From Candidatus Latescibacterota bacterium (GTDB taxonomy: Bacteria > Latescibacterota > UBA2968 > UBA8231), in the NCBI GenBank assembly GCA_965243025.1, contig CBDETY010000003.1, forward strand, positions 5,856,001-5,920,000: a DNA stretch of 64,000 bases, read 5' to 3'. The position numbers and the translations under genes are program-made. Position 1 is the first letter of the stretch, and every line of letters begins with the position of its first letter. Below are positions 28,733 to 39,394 of the stretch, one piece after another. The notes beneath the pieces are model-generated. The model saw nothing but the letters and a program-made list of their open reading frames with translations, was not told where the DNA came from and made no database searches.

Positions 28733-30106
28733 TCAGGTCCGCAGCGGCACCGAATGCACAGGAGAGCTCAGGTCCGGCTCGTCCCCCGCTTCCCCGGGGG
28801 CCAGGGCCCGGCGCCCGACGCTGACGTACTCGAAGCCGAGCTCCCCCATGCGCCGCGGCTCGTAGACGTTGCGGCAGTCGAGGAACTTCGCCGTGCGCAG
28901 GGCCTCCCGCAGGCGCGGCAGGTCCATGTTGCGGAACTCGTTCCACTCGGTCAGCAGGACGGCGGCGTCGCAGCCCTCGGCAGCGGCATAGGGGTCCTCG
29001 AAACAGAGGACCTCGGGGAACCGGGCCTGCGCGCGTTCGTTGGCGGCCGGGTCGCAGGCGCGCACCGCGGCCCCCCCGGCCAGCAGCGCCCCGATCATGT
29101 CGAGGGAGGGTGCTTCGCGGATGTCGTCGGTGTCCGGCTTGAACGAAAGCCCGAGGAGACAGACCGACTTTCCCCCGAACGGGCCGATGAGATCGCCCAG
29201 CTTGGAGATCATGCGCCGCCGCTGCAGGGCGTTGCTGCCGTCGATGGCATCTATGAGGGGAGCCTCGACCCCGGCCTTGCGGGCGGTGGCGGCCAGCCCG
29301 GTGACGTCCTTGGGGAAACAGCTGCCGCCGTACCCGGCGCCGGCGTTCAGGTAGCGGTGCCCGATGCGACCGTCGTACCCCATCCCCCTTGCCACCGAGG
29401 AGACGTCGGCGCCGTAGGCCTCGCAGATGTTGGCGATTTCGTTGATGAAGGAGACCCTGGCGGCGAGCAGCGCGTTCGAAGCGTACTTGATAATCTCGGC
29501 CGACTCGACGTCGGTGAGCACCATCGGGACGTCCCGCTCGTACAGCGGGTTGTAGACGTCGAGGATCGCCTCCATGGCGCGGCGGCTCGTCGCCCCGATG
29601 ACCAGCCGGTCCGGGTGCAGGAAGTCGTCGATCGCAGAACCCTCGCGCAGGAATTCGGGGTTGGAGACGACGTCGAAGTCCTGGTCCGGCCGCACCCTGC
29701 GGATCACCTCGCCGACGTCGACTCCCGTGCCGACGGGGACCGTCGACTTGTTGACGACGATCTTGTAGTCCTCCATGAAGGTGCCGATGGTCTCGGCGGC
29801 CGCGGTGACGTAGGAGATGTCGACGTCACCGGTGGGGAGCGGCGGGGTGCCGACGCAGATGAAGATGATCTCCGATGTCTTGATCGCGAAGGCGACCTCG
29901 GTCGAGAAGGTCAGGCGGCCGCGGCTGACGTTGCGGGCGGCCAGCTCGTCGAGTCCCGGTTCGTATATGGGGGTTTCTCCGGCCTTGAGCCGGGAGATCC
30001 GCTCGTCGTCGATGTCGACGCAGACCACGGCGTGGCCGAAGTCGGCGAGACAGGAGCCGGTGACCAGGCCGACGTAGCCCGTCCCCATTACGCAGACGCG
30101 TCTCAA
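28733..30106 (-). CDS. ugd: UDP-glucose 6-dehydrogenase
   Basis: GTGYVGL, NKSTVPVG, SNPEFLREG, GYGGSCFPKD, FKPDTDD; TTG start inferred. Confidence 0.93.
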   Translation of the reverse strand: MRRVCVMGTGYVGLVTGSCLADFGHAVVCVDIDDERISRLKAGETPIYEPGLDELAARNVSRGRLTFSTEVAFAIKTSEIIFICVGTPPLPTGDVDISYVTAAAETIGTFMEDYKIVVNKSTVPVGTGVDVGEVIRRVRPDQDFDVVSNPEFLREGSAIDDFLHPDRLVIGATSRRAMEAILDVYNPLYERDVPMVLTDVESAEIIKYASNALLAARVSFINEIANICEAYGADVSSVARGMGYDGRIGHRYLNAGAGYGGSCFPKDVTGLAATARKAGVEAPLIDAIDGSNALQRRRMISKLGDLIGPFGGKSVCLLGLSFKPDTDDIREAPSLDMIGALLAGGAAVRACDPAANERAQARFPEVLCFEDPYAAAEGCDAAVLLTEWNEFRNMDLPRLREALRTAKFLDCRNVYEPRRMGELGFEYVSVGRRALAPGEAGDEPDLSSPVHSVPLRT

Positions 30107-30244
30107 TGATCTCTGCTCCGGTTTTTCTTTGAGGACAGGTGGTATCTGGCGGGACGGCTGCGGCGAAGAGCCCCCGGTCGGCCCTTCGAGCACGAAGCGG
30201 AAAACAAGCATCTATTTGTTAAAGAAAGAGTTAGCAGAGCGTTT

Positions 30245-30273
30245 ACCTTAGGGGTCGCGACAGGGGATGTCAA
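30245..30273 (-). promoter_or_regulatory. sigma70-type promoter for ugd-rfbB
   Basis: Minus strand TTGACA-17 nt-TAAGGT next to an AT-rich patch. Confidence 0.6.
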
Positions 30274-30301
30274 ACGGCAGCGGTCAGTTCCACCAGCGCT
30301 G

Positions 30302-30342
30302 AAAAAGCGCCCGGTCCGTCGCCGCCGGGGCCGCCCGGCGGC
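30302..30342 (-). terminator. possible terminator hairpin after the Rieske gene
   Basis: 9-bp stem GCCGCCGGG/CCCGGCGGC with 4-nt loop; T5 run ~15 nt downstream on the minus strand. Confidence 0.35.
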
Positions 30343-30385
30343 GGGACGAACGGAGTGTTCCGCCCCGCGGCTTTCAGGCTCCACG

Positions 30386-32182
30386 TCAATCGTCGTCCTC
30401 GCGTTCCGACAGCAGATCGCCCCGCTGCAGGCGCTCGGCGTTTTCCGTCGACCAGAGGATCCCCTTCATCAGCTTCTGCGCGGTGATGTAGCGGGTGGCC
30501 GCCAGCATGTGCATCCGCTTTTCCTCTTCGTCGCCGCTCAGGTCGAAGTGGCGGAAGGCGGCCTCCAGGACCTGGAACATGTGCAGCTCGGCGTCCTCGC
30601 GCAGCAGGATGTGGGCGAGGGTATGGCGCAGCCGGGTCAGGTCGTGCCCCTCCTCCAGGTACTGGTTCACAAGCACCTCGGCCTCGAAGACCTTCTGGAA
30701 GTCGGCGAACTCCTGCAGCCGCTCGAGCATCGCTTCGGGGCCGGCGAAGGATTCGTCGAGGCGCTGACCGGGGCGCGGCAGGCGGGCGGCGGGCATGTTG
30801 AGCCAGCGCAGGTAGGTCAGGAAGACGGCGCCGTGGAAGATGCCGCGCAGCAGCTCCTTTCCGGGGGCGAGGTGGAAGGCGCGGTAGAGGCCGTGGGCAT
30901 AGGAGTAGATGTTGGCGACGTCGTGCCAGTCCCCCTCGTTCTTGAGGTGGAAGCGGGCGACGCGGATGGCGCCGGCGCAGGTCATGGCGCGGCACAGGTC
31001 GCGCGGGTCGACCCCGGCGCGCAGGCGGGCCTCGATTTCGACGAGGATCGGCTCGAAGTCGTCGCCGAGCATGACCCGGGCGAAGGCGGATATGTCGAGG
31101 GCCGCCTGGTTCTCCTGGTTTTCCCTCCAGATGTCGTCGAGGCGGGTGAAGATCTCCTCGAGAACCGGGACGCTGTCCGACCAGCGCGAGGTCTCTTCGT
31201 GCCGGGTGCGGCCTGCCAGGTCGACGACGATGGGGCGCAGGATTTCGTGGGCTCCCTCCCATTCGACGCAATCGAGGGCCTCGAACATCTTGTTGGCGAA
31301 GTCGAGGGCGTGGCCGTCCCCGGTGAAGTAGAAATCGGTGGCGGTCGTGAAGACGAGGTCGGCCAGCGTCCCTGCCGGGTAGCCCCTGTCGTGCAGGGTG
31401 AGGAGGATGCGCTCGGCCGGCCCGCGGTCGCGCTGTTCGATGTAGCGGCGGAACCAGCGGCGCATGGTCTCGAGGTCGGGGTCGCTGCCGGCGCGCGGAA
31501 AGGGGAAGCGCTGCCGCCGCGAGCTGCCCGAGGTGCGGTTGGCGATCTGGCTGAGGCCGTGGACGAGAAAGAGGTTGCGGTCGCCGGGGTCGATATCCTC
31601 CCACAGGTTTGCCGCCAGGGTGAGTATGGTCACACCGGAGGACCAGCCCTCGCTGGTCTTGTGGGCCCCGTAGTAGAGGCCCTGCTGTATGATCTCGCGC
31701 GGACCGGCCCCGGCCTGGCGCAGGGCGGTTACCGCCTTGGCGATGAGGAAGGAGCTGCGGTCCTTGAGGCCCTGCTCCAGGGCCCTCTTGCCCCTCTCGA
31801 TGAGTCGCCGGGCGGCGGCCTCGCGCTCGTCGGCGGAAAGGCCGACGTACAGGCACCCGTCCCGCTCCTCGACAGGGAAAGTCTTCAGGTCGTCCCCCGA
31901 GGTGAGGAAGCAGCCGCCGGTGTTGAGGTCGAACTCCCAGTGGTGCCAGTGGCAGATGAGGACGCCGTCGCGGATGCTGCCCTTGGACATGGGGTAGCCC
32001 ATGTGGGGGCAGCGGTTGTCGACCGCGTGAAAGCGGCCCCGGTAGCGGAAGAGGGCGAGGTGGGTGCCGTTGACGCTGAAGGGGCGGCTTTCTCCTTCGG
32101 CGACGTCGGCGGCGGCGCACAACCGGTGGTATTCCAGCGGCCCGGCAGAGGGAGCGTCGTCGGGGCGGGTCGCCTGACTCAT
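30386..32182 (-). CDS. Rieske (2Fe-2S) domain protein with long helical C-terminal region
   Basis: CPHMG...CHWHHWEF Rieske motif, then ~480 aa His-rich helical region. Confidence 0.85.
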   Translation of the reverse strand: MSQATRPDDAPSAGPLEYHRLCAAADVAEGESRPFSVNGTHLALFRYRGRFHAVDNRCPHMGYPMSKGSIRDGVLICHWHHWEFDLNTGGCFLTSGDDLKTFPVEERDGCLYVGLSADEREAAARRLIERGKRALEQGLKDRSSFLIAKAVTALRQAGAGPREIIQQGLYYGAHKTSEGWSSGVTILTLAANLWEDIDPGDRNLFLVHGLSQIANRTSGSSRRQRFPFPRAGSDPDLETMRRWFRRYIEQRDRGPAERILLTLHDRGYPAGTLADLVFTTATDFYFTGDGHALDFANKMFEALDCVEWEGAHEILRPIVVDLAGRTRHEETSRWSDSVPVLEEIFTRLDDIWRENQENQAALDISAFARVMLGDDFEPILVEIEARLRAGVDPRDLCRAMTCAGAIRVARFHLKNEGDWHDVANIYSYAHGLYRAFHLAPGKELLRGIFHGAVFLTYLRWLNMPAARLPRPGQRLDESFAGPEAMLERLQEFADFQKVFEAEVLVNQYLEEGHDLTRLRHTLAHILLREDAELHMFQVLEAAFRHFDLSGDEEEKRMHMLAATRYITAQKLMKGILWSTENAERLQRGDLLSEREDDD

Positions 32183-32458
32183 GGTCAGCCTCCTCGGGGT
32201 GAGGTGGGCCGGGGAGGGGGGTATTCCGGTTGGCCTGTCCCCGGCGGAACGCTACGCAAGTAACGTTTTGCGTTCCCCCTGGCAAGGGGCGGTCCCAACC
32301 GGAACCGGGCGGCGGGGGTTCGCCGGGGAGCCTGACTCACTCCCGCCTTGATCGTTCCCGGGTGCGGCCCTTATTTGCCCATCCCCGGCCTCATCCATAA
32401 AACCCCCAGGAACCGCCCGCGTTCCCGGACCTCGCTTTTCACAAGGGCAGGATCCACC

Positions 32459-33466
32459 ATGAACGCCTCCACCAGGGACCTGATCATCGCCGTTGCGGCA
32501 TGCGCCCTCATCATCTTTTTCTTCGCCTCCATCGAGCTGATCGAGCTCTTCTTCGACTTTACCCGGAAGTACGAGGAATGGAACCTCGATGAGGTGATTG
32601 CCGCGGTTCCCGCCCTGGCGCTGGTGACCGCCTGGTTCGCCGGGCGGCGCTGGCGCGAGATCCGGAGGCTGAACGGCGAGCTCGAAGAGACGGTGGCCCA
32701 GCTCGAGGAGGCGATCGCGCAGCGCCGCGCCATGGAGGAGCAGCTCGGGGAAGCCTACAAGATGGCCGCCATGGGAGCGCTTACCGGCGGGCTCGCCCAC
32801 GAGTTCAACAACGTGCTGCAGCCGATAGTCACCCTTGCCCAGCTCACCCTGGACCGCGGCGACCTGCCCGAAGAACAACGGACCCGGATCAGGCATATCC
32901 TCAAGGCGGCCGAGCACGGCTGCGATGTCGTCAAGGGGACCCTGGCCTTTCCCGCCGGCGGAACCCAGGAAACCCACGACATGTTCCCGGCCGAGGATCT
33001 CGCCGCCTTCGTCCAAAAGGCGAGGGGGAATCTCGGAGAGGTCGAGATCGACACCCGGATCGCCGCCGACCCCGTGGCCGTTCGCGTCAACAGGACGGAG
33101 TTCCACCAGGTGCTGACCAACCTGGTGAAGAACGCTGCCGAAGCGATGGACCACAGGGGCAGGATCGAGATCGGCGTCGGCTCCCGTACCCTCGATGCCG
33201 AGGGAGCGCGCGCCAAGGGGCTGGCGGCCGGCAGGTACGTCCGCGTTACGGTGGCGGACAACGGCCCGGGCATGGCCCCCGAGGTCAGGGACCAGATCTT
33301 CGATCCCTTCTTCACCACCAAGGAGGCGGGAGAAGGCACGGGGCTTGGCCTCGCCATCGTCTACAGCCTGGTCCAGGGATGGGACGGAAAGATCTCCGTG
33401 TACTCCTCCCCCGGGAACGGGGCGGCGTTCGAAATCCTCATCCCCAGGCTGGAAACGGGGGCCTGA
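32459..33466 (+). CDS. membrane sensor histidine kinase
   Basis: Two TMs, GLAHEFNN H-box, NLVKNA, DNGPGM, PFFTTK, GTGLGL. Confidence 0.93.
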   Translation: MNASTRDLIIAVAACALIIFFFASIELIELFFDFTRKYEEWNLDEVIAAVPALALVTAWFAGRRWREIRRLNGELEETVAQLEEAIAQRRAMEEQLGEAYKMAAMGALTGGLAHEFNNVLQPIVTLAQLTLDRGDLPEEQRTRIRHILKAAEHGCDVVKGTLAFPAGGTQETHDMFPAEDLAAFVQKARGNLGEVEIDTRIAADPVAVRVNRTEFHQVLTNLVKNAAEAMDHRGRIEIGVGSRTLDAEGARAKGLAAGRYVRVTVADNGPGMAPEVRDQIFDPFFTTKEAGEGTGLGLAIVYSLVQGWDGKISVYSSPGNGAAFEILIPRLETGA

Positions 33467-33468
33467 GC

Positions 33469-33870
33469 ATGGCGGCCATACTGCTCGGCGACGAGGACCC
33501 GGAGGTGCGCTTCGCGCTGGGGATGCTGTTGCGGGAGGCGGGCCACGAGATTCTCGAGGCGGACCGCTGCTCCGCGGTCCTGGAGACCGCCGCGGAGAAA
33601 AGGCCGGACCTCGTCGTGACCGACGTGAACATGGCGGGCATGAGCGGCGTCGAGCTGATCGAACAGCTGCGCAAGGCCCGCCCCGGAATCCCGGTCATTG
33701 CCATGACCGGAGGCGGAATGCACCAGACGCCGGACCTCGCCGCGACTCTCGCGGCGAATGCCGGGGCCGACAGGGTGCTGCAGAAGCCGTTCGGCAACGA
33801 CGAGCTCATCGCCGAGGTTTCGACCCTTCTTTCCGGTACCGGTGGTTCCGATCCGGAGAGAGATTCGTGA
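33469..33870 (+). CDS. single-domain response regulator
   Basis: LLGDED, VTDVNMAGMSG, IAMTGG, LQKPF. Confidence 0.88.
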   Translation: MAAILLGDEDPEVRFALGMLLREAGHEILEADRCSAVLETAAEKRPDLVVTDVNMAGMSGVELIEQLRKARPGIPVIAMTGGGMHQTPDLAATLAANAGADRVLQKPFGNDELIAEVSTLLSGTGGSDPERDS

Positions 33871-34631
33871 ACCCGGAGAACCAGTACGATCCGATCGCCG
33901 AGGCCTACAAGGAGTCGAAGCAACTGCCCTTCCGGGAATTCGTCGAAGCCTATTCCCTTTTCGAGATCCTGGGAGATATTCGCGGGGCCACGGTTCTCGA
34001 CCTGGCTTGCGGCGACGGCTTCTACACGCGCAGGATCGTGCAGGCCGGGGCCCGGGAAGTCTCCGGCGTCGATATTTCCACCGAGATGATCAGGCTGGCC
34101 GAAGAGGAGGAACGCGCCAGGCCCCTGGGCTGCAGGTACCTGCAGGGAGACGCTGCCAGGCTCGAGCTTTCCGGGCAGGTCGATCTCGTGGTGGCGATGT
34201 ACCTGTTGAACTACGCCAGGACCAGGGAGGAACTTCTCGGGTTCGTCGAGGCGGCTTACGGCTTCCTGCGGCCCGGGGGACGGTTCGTCGGGTTCAACGA
34301 CAATGTCGGGCAGGTCCCCGGGGGAACCGTTTCCTATGCCCGGTACGGATTTGAAAAGGAGTGCGCCGACGCCCCCCGGGAAGGGGATGTCGTCCTGTAC
34401 AGGATGAGGCGAAAGGACGGCGGGACGTTCGAATTCAGGAACTACTTTCTGAAACCGGAGACGTACAGCTGGGCTTTCGGGCAGGCCGGGTTTCTCGACT
34501 TTGAATGGGCCGGGCCCTACCTGCACCCCGCCGAGCGGCAGAATGGATACTGGAACGAATTCATGGCCCGGCCGCCGGTCATCGGCTTCAGAGCGGAAAA
34601 ACAACAGGATGTCGGGGAACCCCGGGGGTAA
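33867..34631 (+). CDS. class I SAM-dependent methyltransferase (ToxA-like)
   Basis: VLDLACGDG, GVDISTEM, LRPGGRF; GTGA overlap with the regulator gene. Confidence 0.88.
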   Translation: MNPENQYDPIAEAYKESKQLPFREFVEAYSLFEILGDIRGATVLDLACGDGFYTRRIVQAGAREVSGVDISTEMIRLAEEEERARPLGCRYLQGDAARLELSGQVDLVVAMYLLNYARTREELLGFVEAAYGFLRPGGRFVGFNDNVGQVPGGTVSYARYGFEKECADAPREGDVVLYRMRRKDGGTFEFRNYFLKPETYSWAFGQAGFLDFEWAGPYLHPAERQNGYWNEFMARPPVIGFRAEKQQDVGEPRG

Positions 34632-34712
34632 GCGGGGGATCTTCATGGACTGCAGGATTGACGCTGAGCCACACCGTAAACCATCCGGATCGCGAAGGGG
34701 AGAAAGACCGAG

Positions 34713-35735
34713 ATGAAGAACAATGAGCTGATCGACATTGCGCAGGCTCTTGTGCCGACAGGCAAGGGAATCCTCGCCGCCGACGAGAGCTCCGGCACCA
34801 TTGCGAAGCGGTTCTCCGCAATCGACACCGAGTCGACGGAGGAGAACCGGCGCTCCTACCGCGAGCTGCTGTTCACGACGCCGGGCATGGAGGAGTTCAT
34901 CAGCGGGGTCATCCTCTACGACGAGACCATCCGGCAGGCGGCCGGCGACGGCACGCCGCTGCCGCAGGTGCTGTCGGACAAGGGGGTGATTCCCGGGATC
35001 AAGGCCGACATGGGGCTGAAGGATCTGCCCGGCTTCCCGGGGGAGCAGGCCACCGAGGGGCTCGACGGCCTGCAGGACCGGCTCGAGGAGTACCGGGAGC
35101 TGGGGGCGCGGTTCGCCAAGTGGCGGGCGGTGATCGCCGTGGGGGACGGGCTGCCCACCGCCGGCTGCATCGAGGCCAACGCCCACGGGCTGGCGCGTTA
35201 CGCGGCGATATCGCAGGCGGCAGGGCTGGTGCCGATCGTCGAGCCGGAGGTGCTGATGGACGGCGGCCACGACCTGCAGGCCTGCGAGGAGGCGACCGGG
35301 GCGGCCCTGGCCGGCGTCTACGGCCAGCTGCTCGGCCAGCGCGTCGAGCTCGAGGGCACCCTGCTGAAACCGAACATGGTGCTCTCCGGAAAAGACTGTC
35401 CGCAGCAGGCTTCGGTCGGGGAGGTCGCCGAGGCGACGCTGCGCTGCTTCCGCCGCACCGTGCCCGCGGCGGTCCCGGGCATCGTGTTCCTCTCGGGGGG
35501 ACAGGGCCCGGAGCAGGCGACCGCCCACCTCAACGCCATGAACGCGATCGGCGGGGCCCCCTGGCAGCTGAGCTTCTCGTACGGGCGCGCCCTGCAGGAG
35601 ACGGCGCTGAAGGCCTGGAAGGGGGATGCGGCCAACACCGAGGCGGCGAAGCGGGCTTTCTACCTGCGCGCCAGGCTGAACGGCGCCGCCCGCCACGGAG
35701 AGTACACCCTGGCGATGGAGCGGGAAGCCGCCTGA
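34713..35735 (+). CDS. class I fructose-bisphosphate aldolase (eukaryote-type)
   Basis: GKGILAADES, FAKWRAV, VPIVEPEV, LLKPNM, FLSGGQ, FSYGRALQ. Confidence 0.96.
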   Translation: MKNNELIDIAQALVPTGKGILAADESSGTIAKRFSAIDTESTEENRRSYRELLFTTPGMEEFISGVILYDETIRQAAGDGTPLPQVLSDKGVIPGIKADMGLKDLPGFPGEQATEGLDGLQDRLEEYRELGARFAKWRAVIAVGDGLPTAGCIEANAHGLARYAAISQAAGLVPIVEPEVLMDGGHDLQACEEATGAALAGVYGQLLGQRVELEGTLLKPNMVLSGKDCPQQASVGEVAEATLRCFRRTVPAAVPGIVFLSGGQGPEQATAHLNAMNAIGGAPWQLSFSYGRALQETALKAWKGDAANTEAAKRAFYLRARLNGAARHGEYTLAMEREAA

Positions 35736-35753
35736 CTCGCGGGGCCGGGGCAC

Positions 35754-38429
35754 TCAGGAATGGGTGGGGTCGCGCTTCTCCGGATCGATGCCGAGCTCGG
35801 AGGCCGCGCGGCGCACCTCCTCCCGGCCGAGCATTCCCTGGCGGTGCAGGTCGGCGAGGGCGGCATAGGCGATCGCCCCGGCGTCGACCTCGAAGAAACT
35901 GCGCAGCGCGGCGCGCGACTCGCTGCGGCCGAAGCCGTCGGTGCCGAGGGCGACCGGAGGCCGCGGGAACCAGCGCGCGATCGAGTTCGGCAGCGCCTTG
36001 ATGTAGTCGGAAGCGATGACGAAGCTGCCGCTTTCCCCCTCGAGACATTGGCCGATCCAGGATTTCGGGGCCGCTCCTTCCTCCTGGCGCAGGCCGAGCC
36101 GTTCGCTGGCCGCCCCGTCCTCGTGGAGCTGGCGGAAGCTGGTGATCGACCAGACGCTGGCGCCGACGTCGAAGCGCCCGGCGAGGATCTCCCGGGCGCG
36201 CAGCGCCTCGTTGAGGATGCTGCCGCTGGCGAACAGGTGGGCCCGCCCGGAGCAGCCCTCCGGCGCTTCCCGCAGCCGGTACATCCCCTTCAGGATCCCC
36301 TCCTCGGCCCCCGGCGGCATGGCCGGCATCGGGTAGTCCTCGTTCTGGACCGTCAGGTAGTAGACGAGGTCCTCGCCGCGGCCGTACATCCGCTCGACCC
36401 CCTCCCGCACGATGACGGCGAGCTCGTAGCCGAAGGCGGGGTCGTAGGCGACCACGTGGGGATAGCTGTAGGAGAGGAGATGGCTGTGCCCGTCCTGGTG
36501 CTGCAGCCCCTCCCCGTTCAGGGTCGTGCGCCCCGAGGTGGCCCCGATCAGGAAGCCGCGCGCCCGCTGGTCGCCGGCGGCGAACACGAAATCGCCGACG
36601 CGCTGGAACCCGAAGATCGAATAGAAGACGAAGAACGGCAGGGTGTGGATGCCGTGGCTGGAATAGGCGGTCCCGGCGGCGATGAAGGAGGACAGGGCCC
36701 CGGCCTCGGTGATCCCCTCTTCGAGGAGCTGCCCGTCCCGGGCCTCGCGGTAGTAGGTCAGGGTCTCGCTGTCGACCGGCTCGTAGAGCTGCCCGATGTG
36801 GGAGTAGATGCCGTACTGCCGGAACAGCGCCTCCATGCCGAAGGTGCGCGCCTCGTCGGCGACGATCGGCACGATCAGCGGGCCGAGCTGCTTGTGGCGC
36901 AGCAGCTTCGCGAGGATGCGCACGAACATCATGGTCGACGACGCGCGGCGCTCCCCGGTGCCGGCGAGGAACTCGTCGAACAGGTCGCGGTGCCCCCCCT
37001 CTCCCGGGGGCGGCGCCGACGGCCGGCTCGGCACGAAACCGCCGAGGGCCCGGCGGCGCTCGACCAGGTACTGGCTCTCGGGGGTCTCGGCCGCCGGCCG
37101 GTAGTAGGACAGCTGCTCGACCTCCTCGTCGGACAGGGGGATGGCGAAGCGGGTGCGGATGTTCCTCAGGGCCTCGCTGTCGAGCTTCTTCTGCTGGTGC
37201 GCCCCCATGCGCCCTTCCCCGGCTTCCCCCATTCCGTACCCCTTGATGGTCTTGGCGAGCACCACCGACGGGGCGCCGCGGAACTCGAGGGCGGCGCGGT
37301 AGGCGGCGTACACCTTCTCGGGGTCGTGGCCGCCGCGGCGGATGGTGCGGATGTGCTCGTCGGTCAGGTGCCGGGAGAGCTTCATCAGGCTCTCGTCGAC
37401 GCCGAAGAAGTGGTTGCGCTGGTAGTTGCCGTCGGAGACGCTGTACTTCTGGTACTGGCCGTCGACGAGCTCCCCCATGCGCCGCGCCAGCAGCCCCTTC
37501 TCGTCCCTGGCCAGCAGCGGGTCCCAGTCGCTGCCCCAGATCACCTTGATGACGTTCCAGCCGGCCCCGCAGAAGACCGTCTCCAGCTCCTGGATGATCT
37601 TGCCGTTGCCGCGCACCGGGCCGTCGAGCCGCTGCAGGTTGCAGTTGACGACGAAGACGAGGTTGTCGAGCTGCTCGCGGGCGGCCAGGGAGATGGCCCC
37701 GAGGGATTCCGGCTCGTCCATCTCGCCGTCGCCGATGAAGGCCCAGACCTTGGCGTCGGACCGCTGCTTGAGGCCGCGGTCCTCGAGATAGCGGTTGAAG
37801 CGGGCCTGGTAGATCGCCATGATCGGGCACAGGCCCATCGACGCGGTGGGGAACTGCCAGAAGTCCGGCATCAGGCGGGGGTGCGGGTAGGAGGACAGCC
37901 CCCCTTCCGGGTGGAGCTCGTGGCGGTAGTTGTCGAGCTGCTCCTCGCTCAGCCGCCCCTCGAGGAATGCGCGGGCGTAGATCCCCGGGGCGGTATGCGC
38001 CTGCCAGAAGATGTGGTCCCCCTCGAAACCGCTGCCGCGGCCGCGCATGAAGTGGTTGAGCGCCACCTCGTACAGAGCCGCCACCGAGGCGTAGGTCGCG
38101 ATATGGCCGCCGATCGTCGGGTCGGCGCGGTTGGCGCGCACAACCATGATCATGGCGTTCCAGCGGATGATGTTGCGGATGCGCCGCTCGAGGTCGTGGC
38201 TCCCCGGATAGGGGGGCTGCGCCGCCGGGGGGATGGTGTTGACGTACGGCGTGCTCGCGGCGAACGGCAGCGACACCCCGCGCTGCCGGGCGTGGTCGCG
38301 CAGGCGCTCGAGCAGCCCGCGGACGCGCTCCGGTCCCGAGTGCTCGAGCACGTAGTCGAGGGACTCGAGCCACTCCCCGGTCTCGAGGCTGTCGAGCAGC
38401 TCCTCGTCGGTCCGCGGCATGCCGGTCAT
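35754..38429 (-). CDS. aceE: pyruvate dehydrogenase E1, homodimeric type
   Basis: GGHIATYAS, SSYPHPRLMP, GDGEMDEPES, NCNLQRLDGPV, GEGLQHQDG, GTDGFGRS. Confidence 0.96.
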   Translation of the reverse strand: MTGMPRTDEELLDSLETGEWLESLDYVLEHSGPERVRGLLERLRDHARQRGVSLPFAASTPYVNTIPPAAQPPYPGSHDLERRIRNIIRWNAMIMVVRANRADPTIGGHIATYASVAALYEVALNHFMRGRGSGFEGDHIFWQAHTAPGIYARAFLEGRLSEEQLDNYRHELHPEGGLSSYPHPRLMPDFWQFPTASMGLCPIMAIYQARFNRYLEDRGLKQRSDAKVWAFIGDGEMDEPESLGAISLAAREQLDNLVFVVNCNLQRLDGPVRGNGKIIQELETVFCGAGWNVIKVIWGSDWDPLLARDEKGLLARRMGELVDGQYQKYSVSDGNYQRNHFFGVDESLMKLSRHLTDEHIRTIRRGGHDPEKVYAAYRAALEFRGAPSVVLAKTIKGYGMGEAGEGRMGAHQQKKLDSEALRNIRTRFAIPLSDEEVEQLSYYRPAAETPESQYLVERRRALGGFVPSRPSAPPPGEGGHRDLFDEFLAGTGERRASSTMMFVRILAKLLRHKQLGPLIVPIVADEARTFGMEALFRQYGIYSHIGQLYEPVDSETLTYYREARDGQLLEEGITEAGALSSFIAAGTAYSSHGIHTLPFFVFYSIFGFQRVGDFVFAAGDQRARGFLIGATSGRTTLNGEGLQHQDGHSHLLSYSYPHVVAYDPAFGYELAVIVREGVERMYGRGEDLVYYLTVQNEDYPMPAMPPGAEEGILKGMYRLREAPEGCSGRAHLFASGSILNEALRAREILAGRFDVGASVWSITSFRQLHEDGAASERLGLRQEEGAAPKSWIGQCLEGESGSFVIASDYIKALPNSIARWFPRPPVALGTDGFGRSESRAALRSFFEVDAGAIAYAALADLHRQGMLGREEVRRAASELGIDPEKRDPTHS

Positions 38430-38440
38430 GGCCTGTACAC

Positions 38441-39394
38441 TCAGTTCACGACGTTCTCGGGCTCGCCGGCGAGATACGCCTTGACGTTGTCGACCAGGGT
38501 GTTGAGGAGCCGCGAGCGCGCCGACCGCGTCGCCCAGGCGATGTGCGGGGTCACGAAGCAGTTCCTGGCGCTGAACAGGGGATTGTCGCGCGGCGGCGGC
38601 TCCACCGAGACGACGTCGAGCCCGGCCCCGGCGATGCGGCCGGAGTTGAGGGCGTCGGCGAGCGCCCGGTCGTCGACGAGGGGGCCGCGGCTGGTGTTGA
38701 TCAGCAGGGCCGACTCCTTCATCAGGTCGATGCGCCCGGCGTCGACGAGGTTCTCGGTTTCCGGGGTCAGCGGGCAGTGCAGGCTGATGACGTCGCTGCG
38801 GCGGAAGAGGTCGTCGACCCCGGTGAACTCGACCCCGGGGAAATCGGCCGGGTCGAGGTAGGCGTCGTGGGCGAGCAGCTCCATGCCGAGGGCGCGGCCG
38901 ATGTCCCCGGTGCGCTGGCCGATGCGTCCGTAGCCGACGATCCCCAGGGTCAGTCCGTCGAGCTCGCGCAGCGGGAAGTCCCAGTAGCAGAAGTCCCGGC
39001 ACTCGCTCCAGCGGCCTTCCTGGACGGTGCCGGCGTGGTGGGCGACCCGCTGCGTCAGGTTGAGGACGTGGGCGAAGACCATCTGCGCCACCGAGGCGGT
39101 GCCGTAGGTCGGGATGTTGGTCACCGGGATTTCCCGCTCCCGCGCCGCCTCGATGTCAACGACGTTGAACCCAGTCGCCTGGACGCCGATGTACTTCAGG
39201 TCCGGCAGCTGGCCGATCACCTCGCGCGAGAGCTCCACCTTGTTGGTCATGACGATTTCCGCTCCCCCGGCCCGTTCCACCGCCTGCTCGTCGAGGGAGT
39301 GGTCGTAGACGGTGAGCTCGCCGAGGGCCTCCAGGCCCTCCCAGCTGAGATCGCCCGGGTTTAGGGTGTATCCGTCCAGTACGACAATCTTCAT
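38441..39394 (-). CDS. D-2-hydroxyacid (glycerate) dehydrogenase
   Basis: MKIVVLDGYTLNPGDLSW, GYGRIG, SLHCPLT, INTSRG, TPHIAWA. Confidence 0.92.
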   Translation of the reverse strand: MKIVVLDGYTLNPGDLSWEGLEALGELTVYDHSLDEQAVERAGGAEIVMTNKVELSREVIGQLPDLKYIGVQATGFNVVDIEAAREREIPVTNIPTYGTASVAQMVFAHVLNLTQRVAHHAGTVQEGRWSECRDFCYWDFPLRELDGLTLGIVGYGRIGQRTGDIGRALGMELLAHDAYLDPADFPGVEFTGVDDLFRRSDVISLHCPLTPETENLVDAGRIDLMKESALLINTSRGPLVDDRALADALNSGRIAGAGLDVVSVEPPPRDNPLFSARNCFVTPHIAWATRSARSRLLNTLVDNVKAYLAGEPENVVN

